Of a stretch of 43,690 nucleotides of DNA, positions 1-8,566 are shown piece after piece. Both the position numbers and the translations under genes were made by a program. The DNA comes from Patescibacteria group bacterium (GTDB lineage Bacteria; Patescibacteriota; Minisyncoccia; UBA6257; 2-01-FULL-56-20), in the NCBI GenBank assembly GCA_038063755.1, contig JBBTUL010000005.1, forward strand, positions 1,358 through 45,047. The letters run 5' to 3'. The notes under the pieces are model-generated. The model was not told the origin of the DNA. It saw only the letters and a program-made list of their open reading frames with translations, and searched no databases. How positions within the stretch are numbered: the stretch's first letter is position 1; every line of letters begins with the position of its first letter.

Positions 1-2061
1 GGGCCTGTGTCGCACGATCTCGGTAAGCTGTCCCCCTTCCTCGTGTCCGATGTATCCCGGAGGAGACCCTACCAGACGAGAAACTGCATGTCGCTCCATG
101 TATTCCGACATATCGACTCGTATAAGCGCTTTCTCATCATTAAACATAAACTCCGCAAGCGCTTTCGCAAGCTCGGTCTTCCCAACTCCGGTCGGCCCCA
201 TGAACATAAACGACCCAAGCGGACGATGTGCGTCGGAAAGTCCTGCTCGTGCGCGACGAAGCGCATTGGATACGGCTTTGATGGCTTCTTCTTGTCCGAT
301 AACCCGATCGTGTAAAATTTCTTCGAGCTTTAAAAGCTTCTCGCTTTCGGTCTCAAGGATGCGATGCAGTGGTATTCCCGTCCAAGCAGAAACGACAGCG
401 GCAACATCTTCCTTGTCTACTGCTTCTTTCAGAAAATGCTCATCACCCGAAGCTCTGCTCTTTTTCTTGTCTTTCTTCTGAGGCGCTCCAAAATATTTTT
501 TCTCGAATATTTCAAAGTCTTTCTGTGCCTGCGGAAGCTCTCCGTACGTTATCTGAGCAACACGCTCCAGGTTTCCATCACGATCTGCGATTTCGGCTTC
601 GCGCTTTAGAGTTTCGATTTTCTGTCGAAGCTGGTGCAACGTTTCAAATTTCATTTTCTCCGTTCGCCAGCGAGAAGAAAGATCTTCGTTTTGAGATTTT
701 TTCTTTGTCAGTTCTTTGTCGATTTCCTTTATGCGAGCCGCGTTTTTTGCCGGCTTTTCCCCCAGGAGCGCTTGGCGCTCAACCTCAAGGCGGGCTACTT
801 CTTTTCTTACTTTTGCAATTTCCTTCGGAATACTCTCGCTCTCAAGCCTCCGCGCAGCTGCAGCCTCGTCAATAAGATCGACTGCTTTGTCTGGGAGGAA
901 GCGATCGGTAATGTATCGAGAGGAAAGGTTTACCGCTTCAATAATCGCTTCATCTGAAATTCGAAGTCCGTGATGAATTTCGTACTTCTCTTTGAGTCCC
1001 CGTAGAATCGCGATTGAATCTTCTATCGACGGCTCCTCGACCATAATCGGCTGAAATCTGCGCTCAAGCGCGGGGTCTTTCTCTATGTGTTTTTGGTATT
1101 CACGAACAGTGGTAGCGCCAATCGCGTGGAGCTCTCCGCGAGCGAGCGCTGGCTTCAAGAGGTTCGAAGCATCGACCGCTCCCTCTGCCGCTCCAGCGCC
1201 GACAATCGTATGAATTTCATCGATGAACAGTATGATTCTGCCGCTCGCGTTCTGAATTTCGCGAACAAACGCCTTCAGACGATCTTCGAACTCCCCGCGA
1301 AACTTCGTTCCCGCAATGAGCGAACCCAGATCGAGCATTAATATTTCCTTGCCTTTAAGCGGCTCCGGAACATCCCCCGAAAGTATTCGCTGTGCGAGCC
1401 CCTCAACTACCGCCGTCTTCCCAACCCCCGGCTCGCCGATAAGCACGGGGTTATTCTTCGTCCTTCGTGAAAGTACTTGCATCAGACGGTGAAGCTCATC
1501 CTCCCTTCCGATGACCGGATCAAGCTCGCCCCTTTTCGCTTTTTCGGTAAGGCTTATGGCATATTTCTCAAGTACTTGAAACTTTGATTCCGGAGTCTCG
1601 TCTGTCACGCGAACCGAACCGCGCAACTGCGCCAAAATACGAAAAGCGCCTTCGCGACGAACGCCGAATCGCTCAAGAATGGATGTCGCAGGGCCGGAAA
1701 CCTCAAGAAGAGCAAGGAGCAGGTGCTCACAGGAAACAAATTCGTCTTTTTGTTGAGAGGCCACTTTCGAGGCCTGGTCCAACACTCGCATGAGCTCCTG
1801 CGAAAGGTAAAGCTGGCTTATGTTCGAAACCGAGACGAGCTTCGGAATCTTGTCTATCTCTCGATCTAAATCCTCCCGAAATGCGTCGATATTCACTCCT
1901 GACCGCAGAAGGACAGGAACCACGAGCGACTGCTCGTCGTCAATAAGCGAAGATAATAGATGAAGTGCTTTTAGTTCTCCGTGATTTTTTTGAGCCGCAA
2001 GCTCCTGGGCGTTTTGCAGTGCTTCTTGTGCTTTTATGGTAAAACGGTGAAAGTTTGCCAT
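1..2061 (-). CDS. clpB: ATP-dependent chaperone ClpB (3' end runs off the window)
   Basis: Absent from the ORF track because no stop falls in the window. Manual translation from ATG 2061 gives [19 protein letters not shown]..., [25 protein letters not shown] (Walker A1), [14 protein letters not shown], a long coiled-coil M-domain and [18 protein letters not shown] (Walker A2). Confidence 0.95.
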   Translation of the reverse strand, partial: MANFHRFTIKAQEALQNAQELAAQKNHGELKALHLLSSLIDDEQSLVVPVLLRSGVNIDAFREDLDREIDKIPKLVSVSNISQLYLSQELMRVLDQASKVASQQKDEFVSCEHLLLALLEVSGPATSILERFGVRREGAFRILAQLRGSVRVTDETPESKFQVLEKYAISLTEKAKRGELDPVIGREDELHRLMQVLSRRTKNNPVLIGEPGVGKTAVVEGLAQRILSGDVPEPLKGKEILMLDLGSLIAGTKFRGEFEDRLKAFVREIQNASGRIILFIDEIHTIVGAGAAEGAVDASNLLKPALARGELHAIGATTVREYQKHIEKDPALERRFQPIMVEEPSIEDSIAILRGLKEKYEIHHGLRISDEAIIEAVNLSSRYITDRFLPDKAVDLIDEAAAARRLESESIPKEIAKVRKEVARLEVERQALLGEKPAKNAARIKEIDKELTKKKSQNEDLSSRWRTEKMKFETLHQLRQKIETLKREAEIADRDGNLERVAQITYGELPQAQKDFEIFEKKYFGAPQKKDKKKSRASGDEHFLKEAVDKEDVAAVVSAWTGIPLHRILETESEKLLKLEEILHDRVIGQEEAIKAVSNALRRARAGLSDAHRPLGSFMFMGPTGVGKTELAKALAEFMFNDEKALIRVDMSEYMERHAVSRLVGSPPGYIGHEEGGQLTEIVRHRP

Positions 2062-2077
2062 TGATATTTGTCTTTCC

Positions 2078-2125
2078 ATTATACCGCATTTTTTTTGATT
2101 GGCAAGGTAAGCATGGCATTGCCAG
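2078..2125 (-). promoter_or_regulatory. clpB sigma70-type promoter overlapped by a degenerate CIRCE-like inverted repeat
   Basis: Minus strand TTGCCA (2100-2105)-16 nt-TATAAT (2078-2083). TTGGCA-N15-TGCCAG at 2099-2125 has CIRCE outer arms and spacing but lacks the inner CTC/GAG. Confidence 0.5.
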
Positions 2126-2134
2126 TGAAGATAC

Positions 2135-2157
2135 AAAAACCCGCACTATATGCGGGT
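2135..2157 (-). terminator. Intrinsic terminator of the 2188-2562 gene
   Basis: ACCCGCA-ctata-TGCGGGT hairpin followed by a U-tract on the minus strand. Confidence 0.75.
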
Positions 2158-2187
2158 GATGACTAGCGATCTTCCGTCGGTCCGAAC

Positions 2188-2562
2188 CTAGAGAACGGGG
2201 TTCTCTTTTCCGTCCGCACCGAGCGCTGCTTCGAGGATTTCATCCATATCGTTCGGCGAAGGGTCGACGGGGTCCTTTTTCTCCTCATCAAACATCTTGG
2301 CGAGTGTCTCCTCGTCGAGTTTCCGGCAACGTCCGACAAGATCGTCAAAGTCAGCGAAAACAACGCGCCGGATGTCCGTTCCGTCTTTCGTGATGCGAGA
2401 AATCATCGCCCGAAGTCGAGCTCTTGCATAAAGAAGCTTGTCTGTCTCGCGCGCTTTGATGTTGGGAATCTCTTCCGCCGTGGCGAGAATCTCAGAAAGA
2501 GTCATTCTAAAATACGTCTGGGAACTCCTATATCGGTCAAAATGACTTCTTTTCTGCGCCAT
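2188..2562 (-). CDS. Hypothetical protein (stand-alone orphan cassette)
   Basis: 124-aa ORF with AGGAGG SD, an upstream TTGCAA-17-TAAAAA promoter-like element and its own terminator. Confidence 0.75.
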   Translation of the reverse strand: MAQKRSHFDRYRSSQTYFRMTLSEILATAEEIPNIKARETDKLLYARARLRAMISRITKDGTDIRRVVFADFDDLVGRCRKLDEETLAKMFDEEKKDPVDPSPNDMDEILEAALGADGKENPVL

Positions 2563-2680
2563 CTTCTTGGCCTCCTGATGAAAATACTACCTTGTTTTTA
2601 CCAGCAACTGCTAGAAATTGCAACGCCCTAAACTCTCCTCGACAAAAACTTCTCGCGCGTCATCTGTCGCACAAAAACTT

Positions 2681-3865
2681 CTATTCGTAGCTCCGAAATA
2701 TTTTTTTGAATTCCTGCAAAAACGTCTCGATCTCTTTCGCGGTTGTTGCCGCACCGACACTTATCCGAACACTTTCTTTTCCGGCCCTCAAAGCAACTCC
2801 GATCGCCTCAAATACATGCGACGGAGAAACCGAGCGAGCCTTACAGGCCGAACCGGCAGAGATCGCTATCCCCTTCAAATCAAGCTGCGTAATAAGCTCG
2901 TCGGCACGCACGCCGGGAATATACATATTTAAAATATTCGGCAACCGCCGCGAGGCATCCCTTGGGCCATGCCGCTTGATGTTGGGATTGACTCTCAACA
3001 TCTGCCGCATCAGGCGATCCGCAAGAAGCGCCGCGCGCCCTGCCGCGCTTTTTCTGTTTTTTGTGGCAAGCTCAACCGCCTTTGCAAAACCGACGATACC
3101 GGCAACATTCTCCGTTCCGGAACGCAACCCGAACTCTTGTCCGCCTCCCGTTATAATCGGAAAAAGAAAATCCAAATCGCGCACGTAGAGCGCGCCTATT
3201 CCTTTCGGCCCGTATATTTTGTGCGCAGAAAGCGTCAGAAAGTCTGCCCCAAGCTCATTTACATCACAGAAAAGAAACTGAAACGCCTGGACCGCATCAA
3301 CATGAAAAAGCGGATACTGTGATGCACGCCCACTCCGAAACCCCGCGACCACCTTTCCGATCTCCTTTATCGGCTCTATCGTGCCAATCTCATTGTTCGC
3401 ATACATTATCGAAACGAGAATCGTCTCTGGGGTCATCGACTTTCGCACATCAATGGGGTCGATAAGCCCACCGGAGTCCACCCGTATTTCGGTAACCTCC
3501 ACGCCTTCTTTTGCGATGTCCTTCGCAGTCTCGCGCACCGATTCGTGCTCAATTGCGGAAATAATAATGTGCGGTTTTTTTCCCGCCCCTCCGTGTGTCT
3601 CATTCCACTTTTTCACCGCCCCGCGCAAGGCGAGATTGTTCGCCTCCGTTGCTGATCCTGTAAAAATAACATTTCGAAATTCAGCCCCTAAGGCACGAGC
3701 AAGAGCTTCACGGCTTTCGTCTACTGCGGCAATGGCTCTCTGCCCGAAAGAATGAAGAGATCCGGCATTTCCGTATTCGGCACTAAAATATGGCCGCATA
3801 GCAGATAAAACGTCCGTTCGAATTGGCGTTGAAGCAGCGTAGTCGAAATAAGTGCGTTTTTTCAT
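2681..3865 (-). CDS. iscS: Cysteine desulfurase (IscS/NifS family)
   Basis: YFDYAASTP, GSATEANN, HVDAVQA, SAHKIYGPKG (PLP lysine), RSGTEN and SAGSAC (catalytic Cys). Confidence 0.93.
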   Translation of the reverse strand: MKKRTYFDYAASTPIRTDVLSAMRPYFSAEYGNAGSLHSFGQRAIAAVDESREALARALGAEFRNVIFTGSATEANNLALRGAVKKWNETHGGAGKKPHIIISAIEHESVRETAKDIAKEGVEVTEIRVDSGGLIDPIDVRKSMTPETILVSIMYANNEIGTIEPIKEIGKVVAGFRSGRASQYPLFHVDAVQAFQFLFCDVNELGADFLTLSAHKIYGPKGIGALYVRDLDFLFPIITGGGQEFGLRSGTENVAGIVGFAKAVELATKNRKSAAGRAALLADRLMRQMLRVNPNIKRHGPRDASRRLPNILNMYIPGVRADELITQLDLKGIAISAGSACKARSVSPSHVFEAIGVALRAGKESVRISVGAATTAKEIETFLQEFKKIFRSYE

Positions 3866-3889
3866 GTTATTCTCCTCCTCTATATTATG

Positions 3890-4501
3890 CTACACGAGAG
3901 ATACCGCCGAAGGGCTTGCGGAGGAGAAGTCAACGCGCATCATCCCGCCGCTTTTTTTATCCGGCACCAGAAGCACTTTGTCTCTCACGTAGAGATCGTA
4001 GAGCTCTTTTGTAAGGCGGACATCTCCCAGGCAATACTCTTTAAGCTTTTCGATCTCTCCTCGCTCATAGAGTCCGATCGCTTCTCCTCCATGCATGTCC
4101 TTTTTTATTCCAAGATTTGCCTCCGCAAGACGGCTCAAGCTTACCCTCCCGCCATAAGCCTTCTCGATTTCCTCCAAAAGATCTATCCGGTTTTTGGTCC
4201 ACAGGTTGACATCATCACGATATTTCATTTTTTGGAAGTAAAGGTTCAAGACCGGCACATCGTATCGATTTGAGGCGAATCCTATGATCTTGTCGCTTCC
4301 GCGGAAAAGCTCGGCGGCAAGATCAAGCTCGTGCTCGTCGAAACACACATATTCGTTCTTGTTGTATGAATAGATACCAACGGCGGAAATCTTCAGAGCG
4401 CCAAAATTACCCCATCCCACGTCGGGATCGGTAAAAAAGTTCTGCGTTTCGATATCGAATACGAGGGTGTCTGGTTTCATGTGTTGCGTGTAGTGTTTCA
4501 T
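3890..4501 (-). CDS. RNase H-like DEDD 3'-5' exonuclease (RNase_H_2/YprB-like); alternative start at 4480
   Basis: Acidic motifs VFDIET, NRYDVP and YCLGDV. Confidence 0.8.
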   Translation of the reverse strand: MKHYTQHMKPDTLVFDIETQNFFTDPDVGWGNFGALKISAVGIYSYNKNEYVCFDEHELDLAAELFRGSDKIIGFASNRYDVPVLNLYFQKMKYRDDVNLWTKNRIDLLEEIEKAYGGRVSLSRLAEANLGIKKDMHGGEAIGLYERGEIEKLKEYCLGDVRLTKELYDLYVRDKVLLVPDKKSGGMMRVDFSSASPSAVSLV

Positions 4502-4503
4502 CC

Positions 4504-4645
4504 CTGCCGCACCTCTTTCGCTCGGGCGCTCCAGGCCGCTAGGCCGGTCTTACCCTCACTTCAAAGGATGCGGCAGAATTATTTCGTATATTTTCTTGCG
4601 CTACGCATCCTCCGTACTATAGGTTGGCACAAGAGGAGGTGTCAA
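4504..4645 (-). promoter_or_regulatory. Promoter and structured 5' leader of the exonuclease gene
   Basis: TTGACA (4640-4645)-18-TATAGT (4616-4621). Leader segments 4601-4613 and 4504-4518 are both complementary to 4563-4576. Confidence 0.55.
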
Positions 4646-4646
4646 T

Positions 4647-4682
4647 AAAAAATGCTATGCCCTCCAGGTCTCCCTGGAGGGC
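4647..4682 (-). terminator. Intrinsic terminator of the putative ncRNA
   Basis: GCCCTCCAGG-GAGA-CCTGGAGGGC stem followed by ATAGCATTTTTT. Confidence 0.75.
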
Positions 4683-5024
4683 GTTGTAGTTATAGTCGTC
4701 GACCGTGTGGTCAGCCCACGCTCATCGCCGGTGAAGGATTGCCGTGATGGTCCGGCTCAATCCTTTTTCTCACCAACGAAACCGGAGTTTCCTCGTCCCG
4801 TACTCCCTCCTGAGGGGTTTCGGGGTTCGATTGGCCTTCTGAGGGCGCTCTCCCTCCGGCTGTTGCGCGGAACAAACCTCCCTTGATCCTGCGTACCGGG
4901 TTTTGGTTCTCCCTGTCTCTGCGCCATGCGAGACAGCGAAGCGACGCTGACGCCCCTCTCCTGGCTTAAAATCTTTACTCTCGGCTGGCCAGGTAAGAGG
5001 CGGGGTCGTAGGCTTCAGATGCTA
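4647..5024 (-). ncRNA. Putative structured non-coding RNA of unknown class (~370 nt)
   Basis: Consensus promoter upstream, GC hairpin plus U-tract at 4647-4682, many hairpins between them, and only a weak 56-codon ORF with no SD. Confidence 0.65.
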
Positions 5025-5030
5025 TCGTCT

Positions 5031-5058
5031 ATTATAACAAACTATGCTAATTTGTCAA
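5031..5058 (-). promoter_or_regulatory. Consensus sigma70 promoter
   Basis: TTGACA (5053-5058)-16 nt-TATAAT (5031-5036) on the minus strand. Confidence 0.8.
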
Positions 5059-6468
5059 TCCTTCGACCTCGCTCAGAATTGACGCTGAGCCCGTCGAATG
5101 CGTCAATACCCCCCGGAGGCGCTCGGCTTCCCTTGTCATGATCTCTTTCGACGTCGCCTCAAGCGTGAATCGCAAAAGCGGTTCGGTGTTCGAGCCGCGA
5201 ACCGTAAACCAGTAATCCGGATACTCAACGCTTACTCCATCCAAAAAATCTTGTTTGCCGTCTGCATAAATCTTTTTCACTGTCTCTATTTTAGAGGAAA
5301 CCTCTTCCTTTGAATTGACACGGACGCTTGCCTCTTTTGAGTGCGCATATTTTAGAAATGGATTCACCGCTTCGGAAAGCGAAATATTTTTTTCCGATAG
5401 GCGAGCGAGAAGTTTTAGCACAAGAAGCATCGGGGCCTCAAAGATCCCACAGGGAAAAGAATAGTAATAATGCCCAGCGGCCTCGCCTCCGAAAACAGCA
5501 CCTTCTCTGATGATAGCCTCTTTCATATACGAACTCCCCACCCTACTCCGGACACGCCTTCCCCCGAATCTCTCCGCAACCTCTTCAACAATCCTCGACG
5601 GACCGGCGTCGCTCACGATCGCTCCTCCTGGATGCGCTTCGAGCTCGATTTCCGCAAGAATCGCGGCGAGTGCTTCGCTCGGAACAACACTCCCTTTTTC
5701 GTCAACAAAAAATATCCGGTCGCCATCTCCGTCCGGCGCGATGCCGAGGTCTGCATTTTCGCTCTTCACTTTCTCTTGTAGATACTTGATGTTCTCTTCC
5801 TTCGACGGGTCTATGCCGTGCGCGGGAAACGTCCCGTCAAGTTCGAAATTCATCGGAATGAAATCGCACCCAAGCCTTGAGAAGAGCGCCGCAAGATCAA
5901 GCGCCCCCATTGCGTTCGCGGCATCGGCAACAACCTTAAATGGTTTTATTCTTGACGGCGAAACAGTTCGAACAGCCTCTTCCACGCATGCGGCCAGAAT
6001 GCCTTCTCTTTTCTTCAGCGTCCCTCGCGCAGGAGAAATCATAAATCCTTCCTTTTCGATAATTGTCGCGATCTCTGCGATTCCGGTTTCTTTGCTCAAT
6101 GACTCTGCGTTTTTTCGCGTCATTTTCACTCCGTTCCATTCTTTCGGGTTGTGCGATGCAGAAACCTGAAGCCCGCCGTCGTACCCAAAGAAACCGACTC
6201 CGAAATAAAGCGTTGGCGTCGAAACAAGGCCAAGGTCGTCAACGTCTACTCCGCACTCAAGAAGGCCTTCGATGAGGCGTGTGTGTAGCTCTGGGCTTGA
6301 AACTCTTGTATCTCGCCCGACTGCGACCGAAAGCCTCTTCCCTGGATTTTCACGGGAAAGCAGCGTCGCATATGCTTTTCCTGCCGCGTAAACGGTATCG
6401 CCATTTATTTCGTTCGGGTATACTCCCCGAATGTCGTACCCGCGAAAAATGGATGGGTCAGCTTTCAT
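5047..6468 (-). CDS. Phosphomannomutase/phosphoglucomutase
   Basis: FRGYDIRG, SASHNP (phosphoserine), PDGDGDR (metal loop) and RGSNTEP. Confidence 0.93.
   Translation of the reverse strand: MKADPSIFRGYDIRGVYPNEINGDTVYAAGKAYATLLSRENPGKRLSVAVGRDTRVSSPELHTRLIEGLLECGVDVDDLGLVSTPTLYFGVGFFGYDGGLQVSASHNPKEWNGVKMTRKNAESLSKETGIAEIATIIEKEGFMISPARGTLKKREGILAACVEEAVRTVSPSRIKPFKVVADAANAMGALDLAALFSRLGCDFIPMNFELDGTFPAHGIDPSKEENIKYLQEKVKSENADLGIAPDGDGDRIFFVDEKGSVVPSEALAAILAEIELEAHPGGAIVSDAGPSRIVEEVAERFGGRRVRSRVGSSYMKEAIIREGAVFGGEAAGHYYYSFPCGIFEAPMLLVLKLLARLSEKNISLSEAVNPFLKYAHSKEASVRVNSKEEVSSKIETVKKIYADGKQDFLDGVSVEYPDYWFTVRGSNTEPLLRFTLEATSKEIMTREAERLRGVLTHSTGSASILSEVEGLTN
5054..5106. repeat. Pair of overlapping palindromic REP-like units within the 3' end of the PMM gene
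   Basis: GTCAAT-CCTTCGACCTCGCTCAGA-ATTGAC and TTGACGC-TGAGCCCGTCGAAT-GCGTCAA; translated in frame as THSTGSASILSEVEGLT. Confidence 0.65.
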
Positions 6469-6500
6469 ATATCATTCATTGTATATCCTGCGTAGAAATT

Positions 6501-6523
6501 AAAAACCCCCGATGTGGGGTTTT
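6501..6523 (-). terminator. Intrinsic terminator
   Basis: AAAACCCC-cgatgt-GGGGTTTT hairpin with flanking A/T tracts. Confidence 0.65.
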
Positions 6524-6527
6524 GTGC

Positions 6528-7166
6528 TTATGATGGCGGAAGTGAAACCTTCGGCGGGGCCGGCAGAATGAGAACCCTGTCAAAGTCCCTGACGCTTTTC
6601 ACCTCATCAAACGTCGGCAAAAGAAACTTTCCGAACGCAATGCTCGCGATCTTTAGTCCATGCTCAAGAGAAATTCGCTTCTTACCTCTATTGTAGATAT
6701 CCAAGCAAAGCTCGCCTTTGTTGTCGCTAAAAACCAAAGATTCTCTCGCGGCACGCTCTTCCGAGCCGTGTACTTCGACGAAACCACCCGGTGGTAATTC
6801 AACCGAAAAACCCGCGGCGAGGGAAACCATCTCTCCCGGGTCAAGGTCGTAGACATAAACGCCGTCCACTCCGCGCCTCACCTTCGGCATCGAAAGTCCG
6901 TTCTCGAGATAGTCGAATGCGAAAACCGCATATGGACCCAGCCCCGTCTCTTGATTTCTTACCCGGTGCCCGATGATCGCCCGAATAAAAACATCGAATC
7001 GACCCGATCCTTCCTCTGTCTGTTTCGGAGGCACTCCTCCCCAAAAGACGACCATCTTGAGGATGGGGTTCGTCTCTTTTGAGATTGCATGCGCTATCTC
7101 TTCTTTGGCAATCTCTCGAAAAAGATCAAAAAGTTTTTCCCTCCTTGAAGTACAAGGTGTTTTCAT
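6528..7166 (-). CDS. dUTPase-like protein, catalytically degenerate paralog
   Basis: Collinear with the adjacent dUTPase (GGVPPK, FDVFIRA, GFSVELPPG, SDNKGE, IYNR, GLKIAS) but lacks RSG, the motif III catalytic Asp and motif V. Confidence 0.8.
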   Translation of the reverse strand: MKTPCTSRREKLFDLFREIAKEEIAHAISKETNPILKMVVFWGGVPPKQTEEGSGRFDVFIRAIIGHRVRNQETGLGPYAVFAFDYLENGLSMPKVRRGVDGVYVYDLDPGEMVSLAAGFSVELPPGGFVEVHGSEERAARESLVFSDNKGELCLDIYNRGKKRISLEHGLKIASIAFGKFLLPTFDEVKSVRDFDRVLILPAPPKVSLPPS

Positions 7167-7210
7167 TAATTACACTTCTCCCCTTCAACGTTCTGATCTT
7201 AACCTAGCAC

Positions 7211-7239
7211 AAAAAGAAAACCTCGACAATTTGTCGAGG
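7211..7239 (-). terminator. Intrinsic terminator after dut
   Basis: CCTCGACAA-t-TTGTCGAGG palindrome followed by TTTTCTTTTT on the minus strand. Confidence 0.7.
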
Positions 7240-7253
7240 CATAACTCTTCCTT

Positions 7254-7934
7254 CTATTTAAGACCCGTCGAACCGAATCCTCCAACTCCGCGTTCTGTTT
7301 TCCCAAATTCGGCGAAAGACGGGAGGTGTTCGAACTCTGGGAAAAGTCCGTGACCGAAGATAACCTGCGCAATCCTCATTCCTCTTCGAAGATCGAACGG
7401 CGTGGAGTTTCGGTTGTACACCAAAACCCCGGCTTCTCCGCGATAATCAGAATCGACCGTTCCTGGGGCATTCGTTACCGTGATGCCCCACTTTGCGGCA
7501 AGTCCGCTGCGCGGCGCAACCCAGTAGAAGTCTCCTGGCGGGAGTTCGGTCACAAACCCGATACCGACAAGCACCGACTCGTGCGGTTGCATGCGGTACG
7601 TAAGCTCGCCGTTTGATTCGACCGAATGCACATGGCCGGCAACATCCGGATCTTCGGGATAATTCAAGAAATCAAAAAGCGTGCGACGAAGATTTGGATT
7701 TTTTGCGTCCATCTCGCGAGATGAGACCACCGCCCGAATGAAGGCATCATATCCGACAGCCTCCGAGGTAAGACGCTTCGGAACCTGTCCTCCGGGAAGC
7801 GCAAGGATTCGAACCTTCGGCCGTCGCTCCCGATCAAGTGCTTCTTCTATCTTTCTTTCAACAAATCGGATTAGAAAATCTTGCTGATCCGCGCCAAATG
7901 GCGCGCTAAAAGAAATTACTTTCTTCTCGCTCAC
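7254..7934 (-). CDS. dut: Trimeric dUTP diphosphatase with N-terminal extension and internal insertion
   Basis: Motifs AVGYDA, PRSG, GTVDSDYRG, RIAQ and RGVGGFGSTG; GTG start with AAGGAG SD. Confidence 0.93.
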   Translation of the reverse strand: MSEKKVISFSAPFGADQQDFLIRFVERKIEEALDRERRPKVRILALPGGQVPKRLTSEAVGYDAFIRAVVSSREMDAKNPNLRRTLFDFLNYPEDPDVAGHVHSVESNGELTYRMQPHESVLVGIGFVTELPPGDFYWVAPRSGLAAKWGITVTNAPGTVDSDYRGEAGVLVYNRNSTPFDLRRGMRIAQVIFGHGLFPEFEHLPSFAEFGKTERGVGGFGSTGLK

Positions 7935-7999
7935 GTTCTCTCCTTACTTATCCAAAAATACTAATAACAATCTACCCGAACGGCACATGACCGTCAAAG

Positions 8000-8488
8000 C
8001 TATGCGGAGAGTTTTTTTATGAGGACTCCTGCTTTTTTCGCAAGTTTCAAAACTCGTTCGGAAGCCTCGTATCGACTCATATAAAAATCTTTATAATATA
8101 CCGCGCTCACTCCTCCATTTACCATCATTTTAAAACAGTCGTAACATGGGGAGTGAGTAAGGTACATCGTTGAGCCATCGATCGAAATGCCGTTCCGTGC
8201 CGCCTGCACGAGCGCATTTGCCTCCGCGTGTACCGTCCGTACGCAATGACCGTCCACGATCTCGTGCCCCGACTCATCGCAATGCTCCATGCCGCGCGGG
8301 GCGCCATTGTATCCGGTTGAGAGGATCACGCGCGCGCGCACGAGAACCGCCCCCACGCTCCTTCTGTTGCACGTCGAGCGCGTCGCGACGATTTCGGCGA
8401 TCTTCATAAAGTATTCGCCCCAGCCTGGTCGCACGCCGGAAAGTACGAACTTTGGCCGCGCTTGCTTCTTTGAACCTTTTCTCTTCAT
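8000..8488 (-). CDS. dCMP deaminase (ComEB family)
   Basis: RSTC, TGYNG, and the HAE and PCYDC zinc motifs. Confidence 0.92.
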   Translation of the reverse strand: MKRKGSKKQARPKFVLSGVRPGWGEYFMKIAEIVATRSTCNRRSVGAVLVRARVILSTGYNGAPRGMEHCDESGHEIVDGHCVRTVHAEANALVQAARNGISIDGSTMYLTHSPCYDCFKMMVNGGVSAVYYKDFYMSRYEASERVLKLAKKAGVLIKKLSA

Positions 8489-8566
8489 ACATCAATTCTA
8501 CACAATCGGAATTTTCATTGAAACGATAGGGTTTTTAGAGTAAAGTGATGAAGCATTCCTTTTTAC

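Noticed and set aside
7-1793. Plus-strand ORFs in the track
   Set aside because: They are antisense shadows of clpB. The same applies to most short overlapping ORFs elsewhere in the window.
4647-5024. Calling the structured RNA RNase P, tmRNA, SRP, 6S or a T-box
   Set aside because: RNase P-like words are out of order and lack a matching P2 partner. There are no tRNA-like termini, no SRP GGAA/AGCAG motif and no T-box TGGNACC, and it is not a single 6S-like rod.
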